From IMG/VR virus record IMGVR_UViG_3300029922_000031, positions 41,075-105,074 of that record: a stretch of DNA of 64,000 nucleotides; one strand, given 5' to 3'. Of this stretch, positions 10,049 through 20,401 are shown piece by piece (the first letter of the stretch is position 1; each line of letters starts with the position of its first letter). The notes beneath the pieces were generated by a model that saw nothing but the letters and a program-made list of their open reading frames with translations, did not search any database and was not told the DNA's origin. A program made the position numbers and the translations under genes. Origin of the DNA: a virus.

Positions 10049-10596
10049 CAGAACGAGCCCCAATTGGGGTTGCGCGCCAGATGATCAATCACCGGCTCGG
10101 GCTTCTTTGGCGTCTCGGCGGACCTTGTTCTCGTGCCGATTGGGCGATCATCGACGACGGGCGACAGCTCGAATTTCATGTTGAAGAGGTGCTCGAGCGG
10201 GCTCTGGCTAGACTCGGAGCTTTCACCCTCGGTCAGTTTGTCCATGAACGCACCGATCTCGTGTTCCAGATCAGACCTAGTGGCGCAGACTCGCTCGATT
10301 CCGTAGCTGAGCGATGAGGATCTGATCCCGCCGCCGGTGGCATCCGAGTAGTCTCGACTCTGTTTTTCCGAAATCTTCGTGTTGCCTTCATCGAAGGCGT
10401 AGCCTACGCTTACCTTCTTCGTGCAGGTGATGATGGGCTTGCGCGCGCCGATTTTGCCCCACTTGAATAGTAGAAGCGCCGGCGCGATCGGCTGCTTGTA
10501 CTTCGAGATCACAATGACCTCGTAGTCCTTGGTGCCGCCGATGTGCTTCAGATAGGTCCGCGTGACCAGGATCGGGAACGGGAACTTGTCGCTCAT
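10048..10596 (-). CDS. WGR-domain-like protein ending in NPNWGSF
   Basis: KDYEVIVI...LLLFKWGKIGA...KISEKQSRDY matches the WGR pattern (K.Y...WG(R/K)IG...K.K..KGY). Confidence 0.6.
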   Translation of the reverse strand: MSDKFPFPILVTRTYLKHIGGTKDYEVIVISKYKQPIAPALLLFKWGKIGARKPIITCTKKVSVGYAFDEGNTKISEKQSRDYSDATGGGIRSSSLSYGIERVCATRSDLEHEIGAFMDKLTEGESSESSQSPLEHLFNMKFELSPVVDDRPIGTRTRSAETPKKPEPVIDHLARNPNWGSF

Positions 10597-10666
10597 AAGG
10601 TGTCGCCGCCTCGCTGCTTCGTCAGTCATTATTGACTATAGCGACTACGAAGCGGGACGCTCGCGG

Positions 10667-11743
10667 CTATGCGTAGGGATTTCGAATCCGAAATTTTACG
10701 TCTAAGAGCGTCGAATATGACTCGGCCTTCCGGAAGCTCTCGCGCACGACGACGCCCGGCACCTCATTTGGATCCATGTCTTTGGGCAGCCGGGCGATGC
10801 GAACCCGCAGACCGAGACGCTGGAGCATCTTTGCGGCGTCGAGGGCAGCGATTAGGGCGGCAGACTCGCCGTCCCACATCAGGGTTACTTCCTCGAGCCC
10901 GGCCGCCTTGAGCCGCAGGAAGCGACCGAGCTGATCGTTGCCCGATGGATCGCCGTAGGAGAGGTGCTTGCCGAACGACCCGACGCACACGACACTGCGA
11001 AGATCGACCTCTTCGTCGAAGGCCATTTTGGTGGCGATCACGTCGAAGGCGCCCTCTCCCATGCAGACGCGCTTCACACCGACGGCGTTCTGACCGTTGA
11101 AGAGATAGCGGCCGGTGCCGGGCAGGCCCTTGGGGAAGAGGTACTTGCTCTCCGAGTTGCCGGTGATGTCGCGGCCCTGGAAGGTGACGAACTCGCCGTC
11201 GAGATCGTAGACGGGGATGATAACCCGCATGTCGAACTTCTGGCCGCCTTTGGAGCCGTCTTCCTTCTTGAAGTTCCACCAGCCGGTCTCACAGAAGCGC
11301 AGATGGAAATGCTTGGCCATTTCGACCGTGCAGCCGCGCTCCTCGAGATAGAGCAGGTTCTGACCGTCAGACGTCGGCAGCTCGAACGAGTTCGGGAATT
11401 CCGCCTTCTCGTTCTCGACCGCCGCGGTCGTTAGGCGGCGCGGGCGCCAGCCCTGCTCACGTAGCGCGGTGCGCGCGTGTTCGAATGTCTCCCGCCAGGA
11501 GCCGCCGAGGTGTTCGTGAATGAATTTGAGCTTGTTGAAGCCCTCGCCGCAGGAGAAGCAGTTGCCAATGCCGGTGTCGGCATTCAAATATATTTTCCAA
11601 CGGCGCTTTCCACACGTTGGGCATTCGTGCAGTTGAAGCTGGCGGCCGCTGCGCCCGTGAACTGACTTAAAGGCGATGCCTTCGTTCTCGAGATAGGTCT
11701 CCAGATCGAGAACCTCCGTGATCTCGTCAGCGTCGTCTTTCAC
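10667..11743 (-). CDS. dnaG: DNA primase (Zn finger + TOPRIM)
   Basis: CPTC...CFSC Zn finger, YLEERG, FQGRDI, TOPRIM EGAFD and WDGE, DPNE. Confidence 0.9.
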   Translation of the reverse strand: MKDDADEITEVLDLETYLENEGIAFKSVHGRSGRQLQLHECPTCGKRRWKIYLNADTGIGNCFSCGEGFNKLKFIHEHLGGSWRETFEHARTALREQGWRPRRLTTAAVENEKAEFPNSFELPTSDGQNLLYLEERGCTVEMAKHFHLRFCETGWWNFKKEDGSKGGQKFDMRVIIPVYDLDGEFVTFQGRDITGNSESKYLFPKGLPGTGRYLFNGQNAVGVKRVCMGEGAFDVIATKMAFDEEVDLRSVVCVGSFGKHLSYGDPSGNDQLGRFLRLKAAGLEEVTLMWDGESAALIAALDAAKMLQRLGLRVRIARLPKDMDPNEVPGVVVRESFRKAESYSTLLDVKFRIRNPYA

Positions 11744-11943
11744 TGGTGAAACTCGAGGAAAGCCAGGCGCTTCTGCCGATCCAGCTTACGCTCAACGGCG
11801 TCGAGATAGTCGTCGACCTCGGGTGAAACGACGGTGGCGGGGACTGCTCGCATGGACCGGCGCCAATTGCGCGGCTCGAACCGAAGCTCGGTCTCTTTGT
11901 CGCCGACCTCGATCGCCAGTTGAATCGCGTGTGTTGCGATCAA
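11740..11943 (-). CDS. Small hypothetical protein
   Basis: 67-aa ORF overlapping both neighbours by 4 nt. Confidence 0.55.
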   Translation of the reverse strand: MIATHAIQLAIEVGDKETELRFEPRNWRRSMRAVPATVVSPEVDDYLDAVERKLDRQKRLAFLEFHQ

Positions 11944-13301
11944 TGGGGCAACTCCTTCCCGATAACTCCTTTGAGAAATTGCATTTTTGATCTGTCAGAT
12001 TTTATTCTAAGGATGAAGCCGTCCTCGCTGTTTCGCGCGGCCGCAAAGAACAGGCGACACTCGCCGGCTAGGCGCTCAGGCTCGGTCGAGTTGATGGAGA
12101 TGACAACGTCGGCGGTGCGAATCTTGTTCAGATCCTCGGCGACGTCGGTCATCCTGGCGACGGACGCCTTGGCGCCTTCGCGGTTGGTCTGCGTAGCAGT
12201 GAGAACGGCGGCGTTGTAGTCGAAGGCGATCGCGCGCAGATCGATGAAGATCGTCCGGAGATTCTCGCGCTCGACGTCTGAGCGGTTCTCCGGAGCCATG
12301 ATGTCGCCGTAGTCGGTGATGATCAGGTCGAAGATGATGCCGCGGGCTCGGTGGCGATCCAGAACGCGCCGAACTTCCGAGCATTTGAGCGAGCCGGAGG
12401 CATACTCCTCGATGATATATTGCCCTGCCCGCTTCTGCGCGGCTTCGACCGCCTCCTGCACCTTGAACGGGTTCGTGCCGACCAGCTTGATCAGCATGTC
12501 GGAGACGCTGGCGTCGACGCGATCGGCGATGATCTTGGCGCCCACCTCGCACGAGAAATAGATGACGTTCTTGCCGCCCAGCGCCGCCTGTTTGCCGAAG
12601 TCGCCAAGCGACATCGACTTACCGCCCTTGGGCGGCCCCATCATCACCGAGAGCTCTTTGCGGCCCCAGCCGTGGTGGTAGAGAAGCTTATCGAACTCCT
12701 CAATCCCGGTCGGGATGCCGTCGCGCACGCGAACACCAGACAGAAGGTCTTTGCGTTCGGTAGTGCGGTGCTCGATCTCGGCCCAATAGTCGTAGCTGTT
12801 GCCCTCCTGCCCGGCGCCGACCATCAGCGCCTCGGACATGAGCTTCTGAATCTTGCCGTATTCCTTTTTGCTGACCAGCTCGGCCGAGGTGAGAATCGCC
12901 TTCTCGACCGCGCGATTGCGGGCGAAGTCGGAGATCTCCGCGATGACCATTTCGCGGTCGCCGATCGGCGTGACGACCAGCTTCTTGAGCTGAATGACAA
13001 CCTCCGGCAGAAGGTCGGAGCGAATCTTCTTGGCTTCGAATGCGCGCTTGACGACGTGCGCGAGCGCCGAGCCGGGCGCCTCCTTGAAGCGAGTGAAGTG
13101 GTCCAAGCCGACCGCGACCAACGAAGCGTTGATTTCGCTGTCGAAATACTCGGGCTTGATCAGACCGTAGGTTCGAACCGCAAACGAAGTGTCGCGCAGA
13201 AGCAGCGCGACGATCTTCGATTGGATGCTCTCGCCGAAGTCGTAGCCCGGCTCCGAGGGGTCTTCCTCGGGTGCGATAGCTGTCGCCGCGGTCACGGTCA
13301 T
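11940..13301 (-). CDS. dnaB: DnaB-like replicative helicase
   Basis: Walker A GPPKGGKS, YFSCE, IITDYGDIM, TATQTNR, AEDLNKIRTAD. Confidence 0.92.
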   Translation of the reverse strand: MTVTAATAIAPEEDPSEPGYDFGESIQSKIVALLLRDTSFAVRTYGLIKPEYFDSEINASLVAVGLDHFTRFKEAPGSALAHVVKRAFEAKKIRSDLLPEVVIQLKKLVVTPIGDREMVIAEISDFARNRAVEKAILTSAELVSKKEYGKIQKLMSEALMVGAGQEGNSYDYWAEIEHRTTERKDLLSGVRVRDGIPTGIEEFDKLLYHHGWGRKELSVMMGPPKGGKSMSLGDFGKQAALGGKNVIYFSCEVGAKIIADRVDASVSDMLIKLVGTNPFKVQEAVEAAQKRAGQYIIEEYASGSLKCSEVRRVLDRHRARGIIFDLIITDYGDIMAPENRSDVERENLRTIFIDLRAIAFDYNAAVLTATQTNREGAKASVARMTDVAEDLNKIRTADVVISINSTEPERLAGECRLFFAAARNSEDGFILRIKSDRSKMQFLKGVIGKELPH

Positions 13302-13576
13302 TCCTTCGCGAGCGTGAAGCTCTCCAGAGTGTGCTTGAAAACAATCAGCGTTGATTGATCTTCGAAGACAAGCTTAAGGGCGTACTTGTCCGCCTCAAGA
13401 AGGAGTGCGGTTATCATGCCGCCGTCGTTGCCAGCGACAGTGATCATCTTGCCCCTCATGGAGGCCAGCTCGTCGTCGTGCGACCAGCTCTTTGGCTTCG
13501 GCATCGACGCCTTACGTCTTAAGCGATCGGCGGAAAAAGTCTCACGGGCCTTGTAAACCTGCGGGGCGTTGCTCAT
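13298..13576 (-). CDS. Hfq/Sm-like RNA-binding protein
   Basis: HDDELASMR..ITV..NDG..ITA.L..ADKYALKL...LIVFKHTLESF aligns by eye with Hfq Sm1 (G..L.G.I..FDQF.ILL) and Sm2 (MVYKHAIST). Confidence 0.7.
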   Translation of the reverse strand: MSNAPQVYKARETFSADRLRRKASMPKPKSWSHDDELASMRGKMITVAGNDGGMITALLLEADKYALKLVFEDQSTLIVFKHTLESFTLAKE

Positions 13577-13630
13577 CCGTAACTCTCTGTTTCGTGTGAT
13601 GAATTTATAGCAGACGCAAAGCGGCTTACG

Positions 13631-14332
13631 TTAGGCCGCCTCGAGAATTCTTTGCGAGACCTCGTGGCCGAACCGGGCCTCGATCTTGGCGATCGGGAGA
13701 AGATCACCGTCAAACATGCCCTTGAGAGACATGAAGGAGTTGCTTCGCTTGGTCGCCTGGTTCATCAGCCACTCGTGGTGGTCGTCCTGCGCCGGCGTGC
13801 CGACGTAGTGCTGAACCCGGAAGCTGTAGTGGTCGCCAACGTGCAGAAAGCCCTGCTGATGATCCTCCCATTTTTTCTGGACGAACTCACAGACCTCGCC
13901 GGAGTAGAGCTGGGCGGGCCGCGGCAGATGCGGGCGCTTCCAGAATCGAAGGCACGCCTCCATCGCGAAGTCGATGTAGAGATCGTAAGGGATTCCCATC
14001 GCGTCGGCGTGTTGCCGGCCGCGCCAGATCGCTGAGATCAGCGCCTGCGGGCATTCGAACAGATCGTCCCTCTTGAGTGGTCGAACGGCTTCGGCGCCTC
14101 TGTAGTCGATCGTCTTACGAAAGAAGCGCCGATAGACCTTCTTGAACTCGTGGGCATAGAGATAGGTCGCCTTGACGGGGTTGAGATAGCGATAGTCGAA
14201 CCACTTCGAGGTGAAGAGGTCGCACTCGTAATCGCGCCAGTCCTTTCGGACAAACCGAAACATGGCCTCGTCGCACTCCTCGTCCGACAGCGCCATGCCG
14301 ATGATTTCTTCATTGCTTGCTGCGTCGCTCAT
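13631..14332 (-). CDS. Conserved phage-plasmid hypothetical protein in the replication block
   Basis: 233-aa aromatic-rich ORF (WFDYRYLNP, ADAMGIPYDLY, LPRPAQL) upstream of the helicase. Confidence 0.75.
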   Translation of the reverse strand: MSDAASNEEIIGMALSDEECDEAMFRFVRKDWRDYECDLFTSKWFDYRYLNPVKATYLYAHEFKKVYRRFFRKTIDYRGAEAVRPLKRDDLFECPQALISAIWRGRQHADAMGIPYDLYIDFAMEACLRFWKRPHLPRPAQLYSGEVCEFVQKKWEDHQQGFLHVGDHYSFRVQHYVGTPAQDDHHEWLMNQATKRSNSFMSLKGMFDGDLLPIAKIEARFGHEVSQRILEAA

Positions 14333-14361
14333 GTCATTGATTATAGCGCGCAGAGCGACGG

Positions 14362-15159
14362 TCAGACGCTGAGAATGCGCTTTAATCCGTCGAACGCCTC
14401 GCTCGGCGCGGCGTCGTCGTCTTCATAAGCGAGCACAATCGTCTTGCACACCCCTGACCGAACAATATCGTCGGTTGTGAAATGAACATGACCGAATTGA
14501 TGCTTGTTGGCGAAGCGACGAACGGCGTCGGCCAGGCCCGAGCTGCCGTCAATGTCCTTCTGCTTCATGTCGCCGTTGATGACGACCTTGCAGTGCTGAC
14601 CGACGCGGGTCAGGAACATCTTCATCTGAACCGGCGTGGAGTTCTGCGCCTCGTCGAAAATGACGAACGCGTTTTTGAGGGACGCGCCGCGGAGAAACGC
14701 GAGCGGCCGCGCCTCAATGACGCCGGACTTCAAGAGATATTCTAGGTGGCCGCTGCCGAGGCACTCTTCGAGAGCGTCGCGAACCGGGCGCAGATATGGC
14801 TCAAACTTCTCGTCAAGCTCACCGGGCAAAAAGCCCATCGACTCGCCGGCCTCGACCATCGGCCGAGTGACGATCAGCTTTTCGATCCGATCTTCCTTCA
14901 GCTCTTGCGCGGCGAGCGTCACGGCGTAAAACGTCTTGCCTGTGCCGGCCGGGCCAGTACCGAAGGTGATGATATTGGATCGAATTGATTGATCGTATAG
15001 ACGTTGATTGTCCGTGAGCGGCTTAAGAATAGTGCGGGTTGGTTTGACGAGTTCCCGAAGCTGTTCTTCCTTTACGACGGCCAGAAGATTGTCATTGTTG
15101 CGTCGTTTACTTCCGCGTCTCTCGGCTCTATTGCCGGCGCGCGATCGGGAAGAACCCAT
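14362..15159 (-). CDS. phoH: PhoH-family ATPase
   Basis: GPAGTGKT, TRP, GFLPG, FLRGASL, DEAQN, KMFLTR, GD..QKD, DIVRS. Confidence 0.95.
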   Translation of the reverse strand: MGSSRSRAGNRAERRGSKRRNNDNLLAVVKEEQLRELVKPTRTILKPLTDNQRLYDQSIRSNIITFGTGPAGTGKTFYAVTLAAQELKEDRIEKLIVTRPMVEAGESMGFLPGELDEKFEPYLRPVRDALEECLGSGHLEYLLKSGVIEARPLAFLRGASLKNAFVIFDEAQNSTPVQMKMFLTRVGQHCKVVINGDMKQKDIDGSSGLADAVRRFANKHQFGHVHFTTDDIVRSGVCKTIVLAYEDDDAAPSEAFDGLKRILSV

Positions 15160-15257
15160 TACAGTGCCTCGTTCGAAAGGTAGGGGTCTCTTTATTCCAA
15201 AAGCTTAGAGCATAAATCAGGAATGATCTACTCTTGTTTTTGAAAAATTCCTCCCGC

Positions 15258-16346
15258 TTACATTTCGTACCAGCCCTTCCCCCACAGCAGCAGCAGACGC
15301 TCAAAGTACGCCTCGTATTTGGCGCCGATGACGGCGTGCGAATAGCGATCGATGACGTGGTTCTGAATTTTGAGCGGCGTTAGCGATCGAGCTTTGATCG
15401 CCGCGTCGCAGAATTCCTTGAACGTGCGGCAGCGAAAGCCGGTGACGCCGTCGATAACGGTCTCGGTGAACGCGCCCCAGTCGCTGGTGATGACTGGCGT
15501 GCCGCAGGCCATCGCTTCGATCGCGACGTTGCCGAAGGGCTCGATATAGATCGTAGGAACGAACACGGCCGTCGCCTCACTCATGAGCTTGCCGCGCTCT
15601 TCCGGGCCGACGACACCGACGTATTCGACTTCGGGCGACCAGACGAGACCGGCCTCTTTGGCGCCAGGGCCTGCAATCACGAGTCGCTTGCCGAGCCTCT
15701 GGCAGACCTCGATCGCGATCTTGTAGCCCTTGCGATCGATCAGCCGGCCGACGAAGAGGTAGTAGTCCTTCTTCTTGCGAGTCGCCGCAGATCCCAGAGG
15801 AAACATGGCCGGATCGAGATAGCCGGGAATGACGGCCTCGAACCATTCGCCGTTGGCGTTCTGCGGATTGCCGTGCGTCGCGGCGCCGTAGCAGGTGTGC
15901 ATCCAGGCGTAGCTCTCCCACACCCGATATTTCGAGAACGTCCCGCCGTAGCCAATGCCAAACTCGACGGTCATGAACTCGGGGAAAGCGTCGGCGATCG
16001 CCTTGTGCGGGTAGCCGCCGATCACGCAGATGAAGTCCTTGGGGAGCGCACGCCTACGAATCTCGGTGATCGCGTTGGCGTTAAAGAGACGCCAATGAGC
16101 GTCGTTGGGGTCGAAGCTGGCGCTGACGTAGTGCTTGTCGCCGACTGCGGCCGCTCGAACGATTTCCGAGATACAGGGGATGTGTTCGGTGCAGGGCGCC
16201 TCGTTCTGTTCGCCGGCGTAGAGAAAGACCTCATGACCGCGCGCCATCATCATCTTGCAGAAGCCGATGACCTTCGCCGTGTAGGCGCAGGTTGAAAACT
16301 CGGCGACCGTGTTCGTGTGGGGTAAACTGACAACGTGGAAGCGCAT
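15258..16346 (-). CDS. GT-B (family 4) glycosyltransferase
   Basis: YLFVGRLIDRKG and EPFGNVAIEAMACGTPVI...GAFTETVIDGVTGF signature. Confidence 0.92.
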   Translation of the reverse strand: MRFHVVSLPHTNTVAEFSTCAYTAKVIGFCKMMMARGHEVFLYAGEQNEAPCTEHIPCISEIVRAAAVGDKHYVSASFDPNDAHWRLFNANAITEIRRRALPKDFICVIGGYPHKAIADAFPEFMTVEFGIGYGGTFSKYRVWESYAWMHTCYGAATHGNPQNANGEWFEAVIPGYLDPAMFPLGSAATRKKKDYYLFVGRLIDRKGYKIAIEVCQRLGKRLVIAGPGAKEAGLVWSPEVEYVGVVGPEERGKLMSEATAVFVPTIYIEPFGNVAIEAMACGTPVITSDWGAFTETVIDGVTGFRCRTFKEFCDAAIKARSLTPLKIQNHVIDRYSHAVIGAKYEAYFERLLLLWGKGWYEM

Positions 16347-16412
16347 GTCCCTGCCCTGAATCAATCATCACTGACTGATGTTATAGCGCACAGAGAGCCC
16401 CGTGTAGAGCGA

Positions 16413-16970
16413 TCAGTAGTTGGCCACAAGCGCGAGCACGGCGGCTGAGCACGCCGGCCAGTGCGAGTCATCGGCATAGGTCGCGTCGGCAGCGGTGATG
16501 AGCGCTCGGCACGCGGCGACCGTCGAGGCGATCCACCCGACGGCAGTCTGATACGTAGTCATGTCGGCGGCACTGAGAAGCCCCGCCGCCGCGTTTCCGA
16601 TCATGTTCTGCTGAGTAGTTGCGGAAGCGACGGCGTAGATGCGCCGAGAGCATTCGGCATTGATGGTGTTGGCGAGAACGTTGGGGTCGAACTGCTGTCC
16701 ATAGACGACCGTCTTGATAGTCTGCGTGCCATCGAACGTGATGGTCACACCCGTCGGTGTGTACCAGGGCGCGGGTGGTGCATCGACGAGCTGGCGCAGC
16801 ACCAGCTTGCTGCCATCGGCCAACACCTGACCGAGCGCGGCGCAGTGAACGAAGTCGCCGTTCGAGAGCTTGATGACGTCGGGGATGCTGGGGAATTGAC
16901 CCGCTGTATCGCCGAAGAACTGTAGCTCTTTGCCCGTGGCGTCGACGAGCGAGTAGCCAATCTGTTGCAT
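16413..16970 (-). CDS. Tail-fibre-associated/assembly protein
   Basis: Lies after the fibre genes; C-terminal helical INAECSRRI...W...HWP pattern typical of fibre chaperones. Confidence 0.55.
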   Translation of the reverse strand: MQQIGYSLVDATGKELQFFGDTAGQFPSIPDVIKLSNGDFVHCAALGQVLADGSKLVLRQLVDAPPAPWYTPTGVTITFDGTQTIKTVVYGQQFDPNVLANTINAECSRRIYAVASATTQQNMIGNAAAGLLSAADMTTYQTAVGWIASTVAACRALITAADATYADDSHWPACSAAVLALVANY

Positions 16971-16971
16971 G

Positions 16972-17994
16972 TCACATCCCAAGCATTGCTAGGTTGAAGC
17001 CGAAAGTCGCGCTAATGTAGAAGGTGTAGCGGACCATGCCCGCCGCGCCGGTGCCGCCCGATCCCGACGCCCAGTTGCCGCCACCCCCGCCGCTAGGGGC
17101 CGCCCCGGCGTTCGACGACGTCCCAGCGTTGCCGCCTGCACCGCCATCTGGAGGGCCGCCCGCACCACCTGTACCAGTGGGAGACGCTGCACCGGCTGTG
17201 CCAGCTCCAGTTGGGCCGCCGCCGCCGCCACCCCCGCCGCCGGGACTGACCTGGCTGGAGTTTCCACCACCATTGCCTCCATTTTTCCCTGTAGCCCCTG
17301 TTGGCCCATAAGTGCCACCCGTACCACCGACCGTATTGGTGATGGCGTCTCCGCCCGTACCACCCGTTGCATAGAGGCCATTGGCAATTGAAGTTGGCTG
17401 CGAGGTAGCTGAGATATTCAGCCACGAATTTGTTCCGGTCGCGCCAACGTTGATCGATCCAGCGGTCGTGGCGCCGACAGACCAATGAAGCGTACTTCCT
17501 GATGTAAAGGAGAGCAGGAGCAGGCCGGCATAACCACCACCAGCGCCACCCGATCCCGCCTTATTGTGGCCACCGCCTGCCCCGCCGCCAGCGTAAGCTT
17601 CAAGCCCGACGGCATATGTGCTGGCCGGGGCGCTTGCGCTGCCCGCGCCGGTCGCCGTGACGGTCGTCGAGAACTCGTAGGTGACGTCGCCGCCGATGCC
17701 TGGCGCCCAGCAGGGCGTCGGCAGATCCCACAAGCTCGGCTGCAACGGCAGCGTGCCAGAGCCAAGCGCCTTGAGGAAGCGCTCCGACTGCGCGCGCGTT
17801 CGAAAGAAGCCGATCCACGCAGCGTTCCCGTCAGGGCGACGCGCGATCAGGTAGCGCTGCGGACGAGCAACGCCGTCGAGCGGGCGGGCCACGCGCTCCG
17901 AGCGCGCGATCGCCGTCCCTAGCGTTTCAAGCGCGCGCGCGGCAAGAAGACCAGGCGGTGGCTTGAAGCTGGGATTGTAGTGAGCCAGCATCAT
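16972..17994 (-). CDS. Glycine-rich virion fibre-like protein
   Basis: AGGGAGG...GGAGGGYA...ATGGTGG...[10 protein letters not shown] glycine-rich domain common in phage fibres. Confidence 0.7.
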   Translation of the reverse strand: MMLAHYNPSFKPPPGLLAARALETLGTAIARSERVARPLDGVARPQRYLIARRPDGNAAWIGFFRTRAQSERFLKALGSGTLPLQPSLWDLPTPCWAPGIGGDVTYEFSTTVTATGAGSASAPASTYAVGLEAYAGGGAGGGHNKAGSGGAGGGYAGLLLLSFTSGSTLHWSVGATTAGSINVGATGTNSWLNISATSQPTSIANGLYATGGTGGDAITNTVGGTGGTYGPTGATGKNGGNGGGNSSQVSPGGGGGGGGGPTGAGTAGAASPTGTGGAGGPPDGGAGGNAGTSSNAGAAPSGGGGGNWASGSGGTGAAGMVRYTFYISATFGFNLAMLGM

Positions 17995-20351
17995 TGCAGC
18001 GCGTAGATGCTGTAGGTCGACACACCGTTGATGCGTCGGATGAAGAGGATGAACTTGCTACCGCTCGTCGTCGTCAGCGGGCTGCCGATCGACGAACCAA
18101 CTGTGTAGCCAGAGAACGTGATCGAGCCGGCGGATGCCCCATTGGTGACGAGGATGTCGATCTCGCAGTCAGACGCCGGCGCCGCCAATGTGAAGGCGCC
18201 GTTGTTCGTCAGATACTGCACGTTGCCGAGCGCCGGGTTTGGCGTCGTGGTGCCGCTCGAGACGGTGCCAAGGTTGTTTGGCGCGAGCGAGAAGCCGACG
18301 CCGATCGTCGCCGTCGCTGAGAAGTTCGGTCCCGATGCGCCGGTGGCGCCGGTCGGGCCGATTGCACCCGTGGCGCCTGACGCTCCTGATGCTCCGACGC
18401 CCGTTGGGCCGGTGGCTCCAACAGCGCCGGTAGCTCCCGTCACGCCGACGCCGGTCGGTCCGACAGGACCCGTCACACCGATAGGTCCAGTAACGCCTAC
18501 GGGGCCGGTGGCCCCCGTCACGCCCGCTCCGGTGGCTCCAACAGGGCCGGTAGCTCCAACAGGGCCGGTGAAGCTCGCGCCAGTGACACCAATCGGACCA
18601 GTGACACCGATCGGACCAGTGACACCAATCGGACCAGTGACACCGATCGGACCAGTGACACCAATCGGACCAGTGACACCGATCGGACCAGTCGCGCCGG
18701 TCGCTCCGACTTGGGCGATCAACGTCCAGTAGGTGCTCCAGCTTGCGCCAATTCCAGGCTCGGTCGTCGAGCCGGAGGTGTTTCCGAGCTTGCAATAATA
18801 GCTTGCGCCACCATCCGAGACTGCGTCGTTGATCGCGTAGACGGTGGCCGTAACCCAAGCGCCACGCCAATTGATCGCAGGACCCGTGACGCCGGTCGGT
18901 CCGATCGCGCCGGTGACTCCTACGGGACCAGTGACGCCGGCGGGGCCGGTTGCCCCTGTAACGCCCGCGCCGGTCGCCCCAACGGGACCAGTTGCGCCAG
19001 TGACACCTGCCCCGGTCGCCCCGACGGAGCCTGTCACGCCTACGGGACCAGTGACGCCGGCCGGGCCGGTAGAGCCGGTTGGACCAGTGGCGCCCCGCTG
19101 CGCGATCAGCGTCCAATAGGTCGTCCAGGTTCCACCGACACCGGGCTCAGTGCCCGATGCAGACGTGTGCGCCGACGTGCAGATATAGCTCGAGCCGGAA
19201 TCCGCGACGGCGTCGTAAACGGCGTAGGCGGTGCTCAGCGCCCAAGCGGAGCGCCAGGTGGTTGAGCCGCCCGCGGGACCGGTTGCTCCGGTCGCTCCGG
19301 TTGCTCCACTTACGCCGGAGTCGCCAACCTGAGCGAGCAGACTCCACTTCGCCGTCCAAGCCGACCCAAGGCCGGGCTCGTTGAGGGCGGCGCTCGACGT
19401 GTGTGCGGTCGTACAAATGTAGCTGGAGCCGGAATCCGCGACGGCGTCATTGACGACGTACGCCGTTGCGTCGGCCCACGCTTGACGCCAGTTCGTGGAG
19501 CCGCCCGCGGGGCCGGTCGACCCAGAGGGGCCACTGGCGCCGGTCGGACCGGTTGATCCCGTCACACCGGCGGGGCCGGTCGGGCCAGTGGGGCCGGTTG
19601 CTCCGGATGCGCCGGGTCCGGTGGGACCAGTGAGACCCGTCGTGCCCGTCGCGCCTACGGCGCCTGTAACGCCGACAGGTCCAGTGACACCGACAGGTCC
19701 CGTGGGGCCTTCGGCGCCAGTCGGGCCGATTGCACCCGTGGCGCCTTGCTGCGCCATGAGCGACCAGTAAGTCGTCCAGCTTGCGCCAACGCCGGGTTCA
19801 GTCGTCGAACTCGACGTGTTCCCAAGCTTGCAGTAGTAGCTGGAGCCGCCGTTTGAGACGGCGGCGTTGATCGCGTAGACGGTGTCCGTGAGCCAGTCTG
19901 AGCGCCAATCGATGACCGGGCCAGTGACGCCGGCGGGACCGGTGACACCCGCGGGGCCGCTCGCTCCCGAAGGACCGGTCGAACCGCTGGCGCCGGAAGC
20001 GCCCATGACGCCGGTTGGGCCTGTCGTACCTTGAGCGCCGGTCGGGCCGACGGAGCCCGTGGGTCCAACAGGTCCTGTGGGACCACTTGCGCCGGAAGCG
20101 CCAGTCGAAGCGAGAAGACTCCACTTCGTCGTCCAGCTTGCGCCGACGCCGGGCTGCGTCGTAGAACCCGAAGTGTGTGCAGCGGTGCAGATGTAACTCG
20201 AGCCGTCGAGCGAGACTGCGTCGTTGAGGAGATAAGCGGTGGCGGTGAGCCAGACATCACGCCAGTTTGTCGAGCCGCCCGCGGGGCCGGTGGGGCCGGT
20301 GACGCCGATCGGGCCGGTAGAGCCGACAACTTGAAGGATAACGCTCGTCAT
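17991..20351 (-). CDS. Collagen-like (Gly-X-Thr) fibre with five CBM5/12-like modules
   Basis: Long GPT/GVT/GAT tracts interrupted by five WR..W...T.Y..NDAV...G(S/A)SY.C...(H/N)TS....PG.G..W...W.L.AQ modules. Confidence 0.85.
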   Translation of the reverse strand: MTSVILQVVGSTGPIGVTGPTGPAGGSTNWRDVWLTATAYLLNDAVSLDGSSYICTAAHTSGSTTQPGVGASWTTKWSLLASTGASGASGPTGPVGPTGSVGPTGAQGTTGPTGVMGASGASGSTGPSGASGPAGVTGPAGVTGPVIDWRSDWLTDTVYAINAAVSNGGSSYYCKLGNTSSSTTEPGVGASWTTYWSLMAQQGATGAIGPTGAEGPTGPVGVTGPVGVTGAVGATGTTGLTGPTGPGASGATGPTGPTGPAGVTGSTGPTGASGPSGSTGPAGGSTNWRQAWADATAYVVNDAVADSGSSYICTTAHTSSAALNEPGLGSAWTAKWSLLAQVGDSGVSGATGATGATGPAGGSTTWRSAWALSTAYAVYDAVADSGSSYICTSAHTSASGTEPGVGGTWTTYWTLIAQRGATGPTGSTGPAGVTGPVGVTGSVGATGAGVTGATGPVGATGAGVTGATGPAGVTGPVGVTGAIGPTGVTGPAINWRGAWVTATVYAINDAVSDGGASYYCKLGNTSGSTTEPGIGASWSTYWTLIAQVGATGATGPIGVTGPIGVTGPIGVTGPIGVTGPIGVTGPIGVTGASFTGPVGATGPVGATGAGVTGATGPVGVTGPIGVTGPVGPTGVGVTGATGAVGATGPTGVGASGASGATGAIGPTGATGASGPNFSATATIGVGFSLAPNNLGTVSSGTTTPNPALGNVQYLTNNGAFTLAAPASDCEIDILVTNGASAGSITFSGYTVGSSIGSPLTTTSGSKFILFIRRINGVSTYSIYALQ
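18580..18687. repeat. Perfect 36-bp tandem repeat x3 (18-bp unit x6) encoding (GPIGVT)6
   Basis: ccagtgacacc(a/g)atcgga six times with a and g alternating. Confidence 0.95.
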
Positions 20352-20401
20352 CTGCCCATGGTCCTAGAGAAACCCCAGAGTAAGTCAAAACTGATTGATA
20401 T

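Noticed and set aside
12351-13358. Long plus-strand ORFs opposite real genes (also 615-1364, 2061-2900, 30214-31383, 39847-40689, 42425-43405, 43455-44372, 44500-45426)
   Set aside because: Antisense shadows of high-GC coding sequence; the opposite strand carries recognisable motifs and operon tiling.
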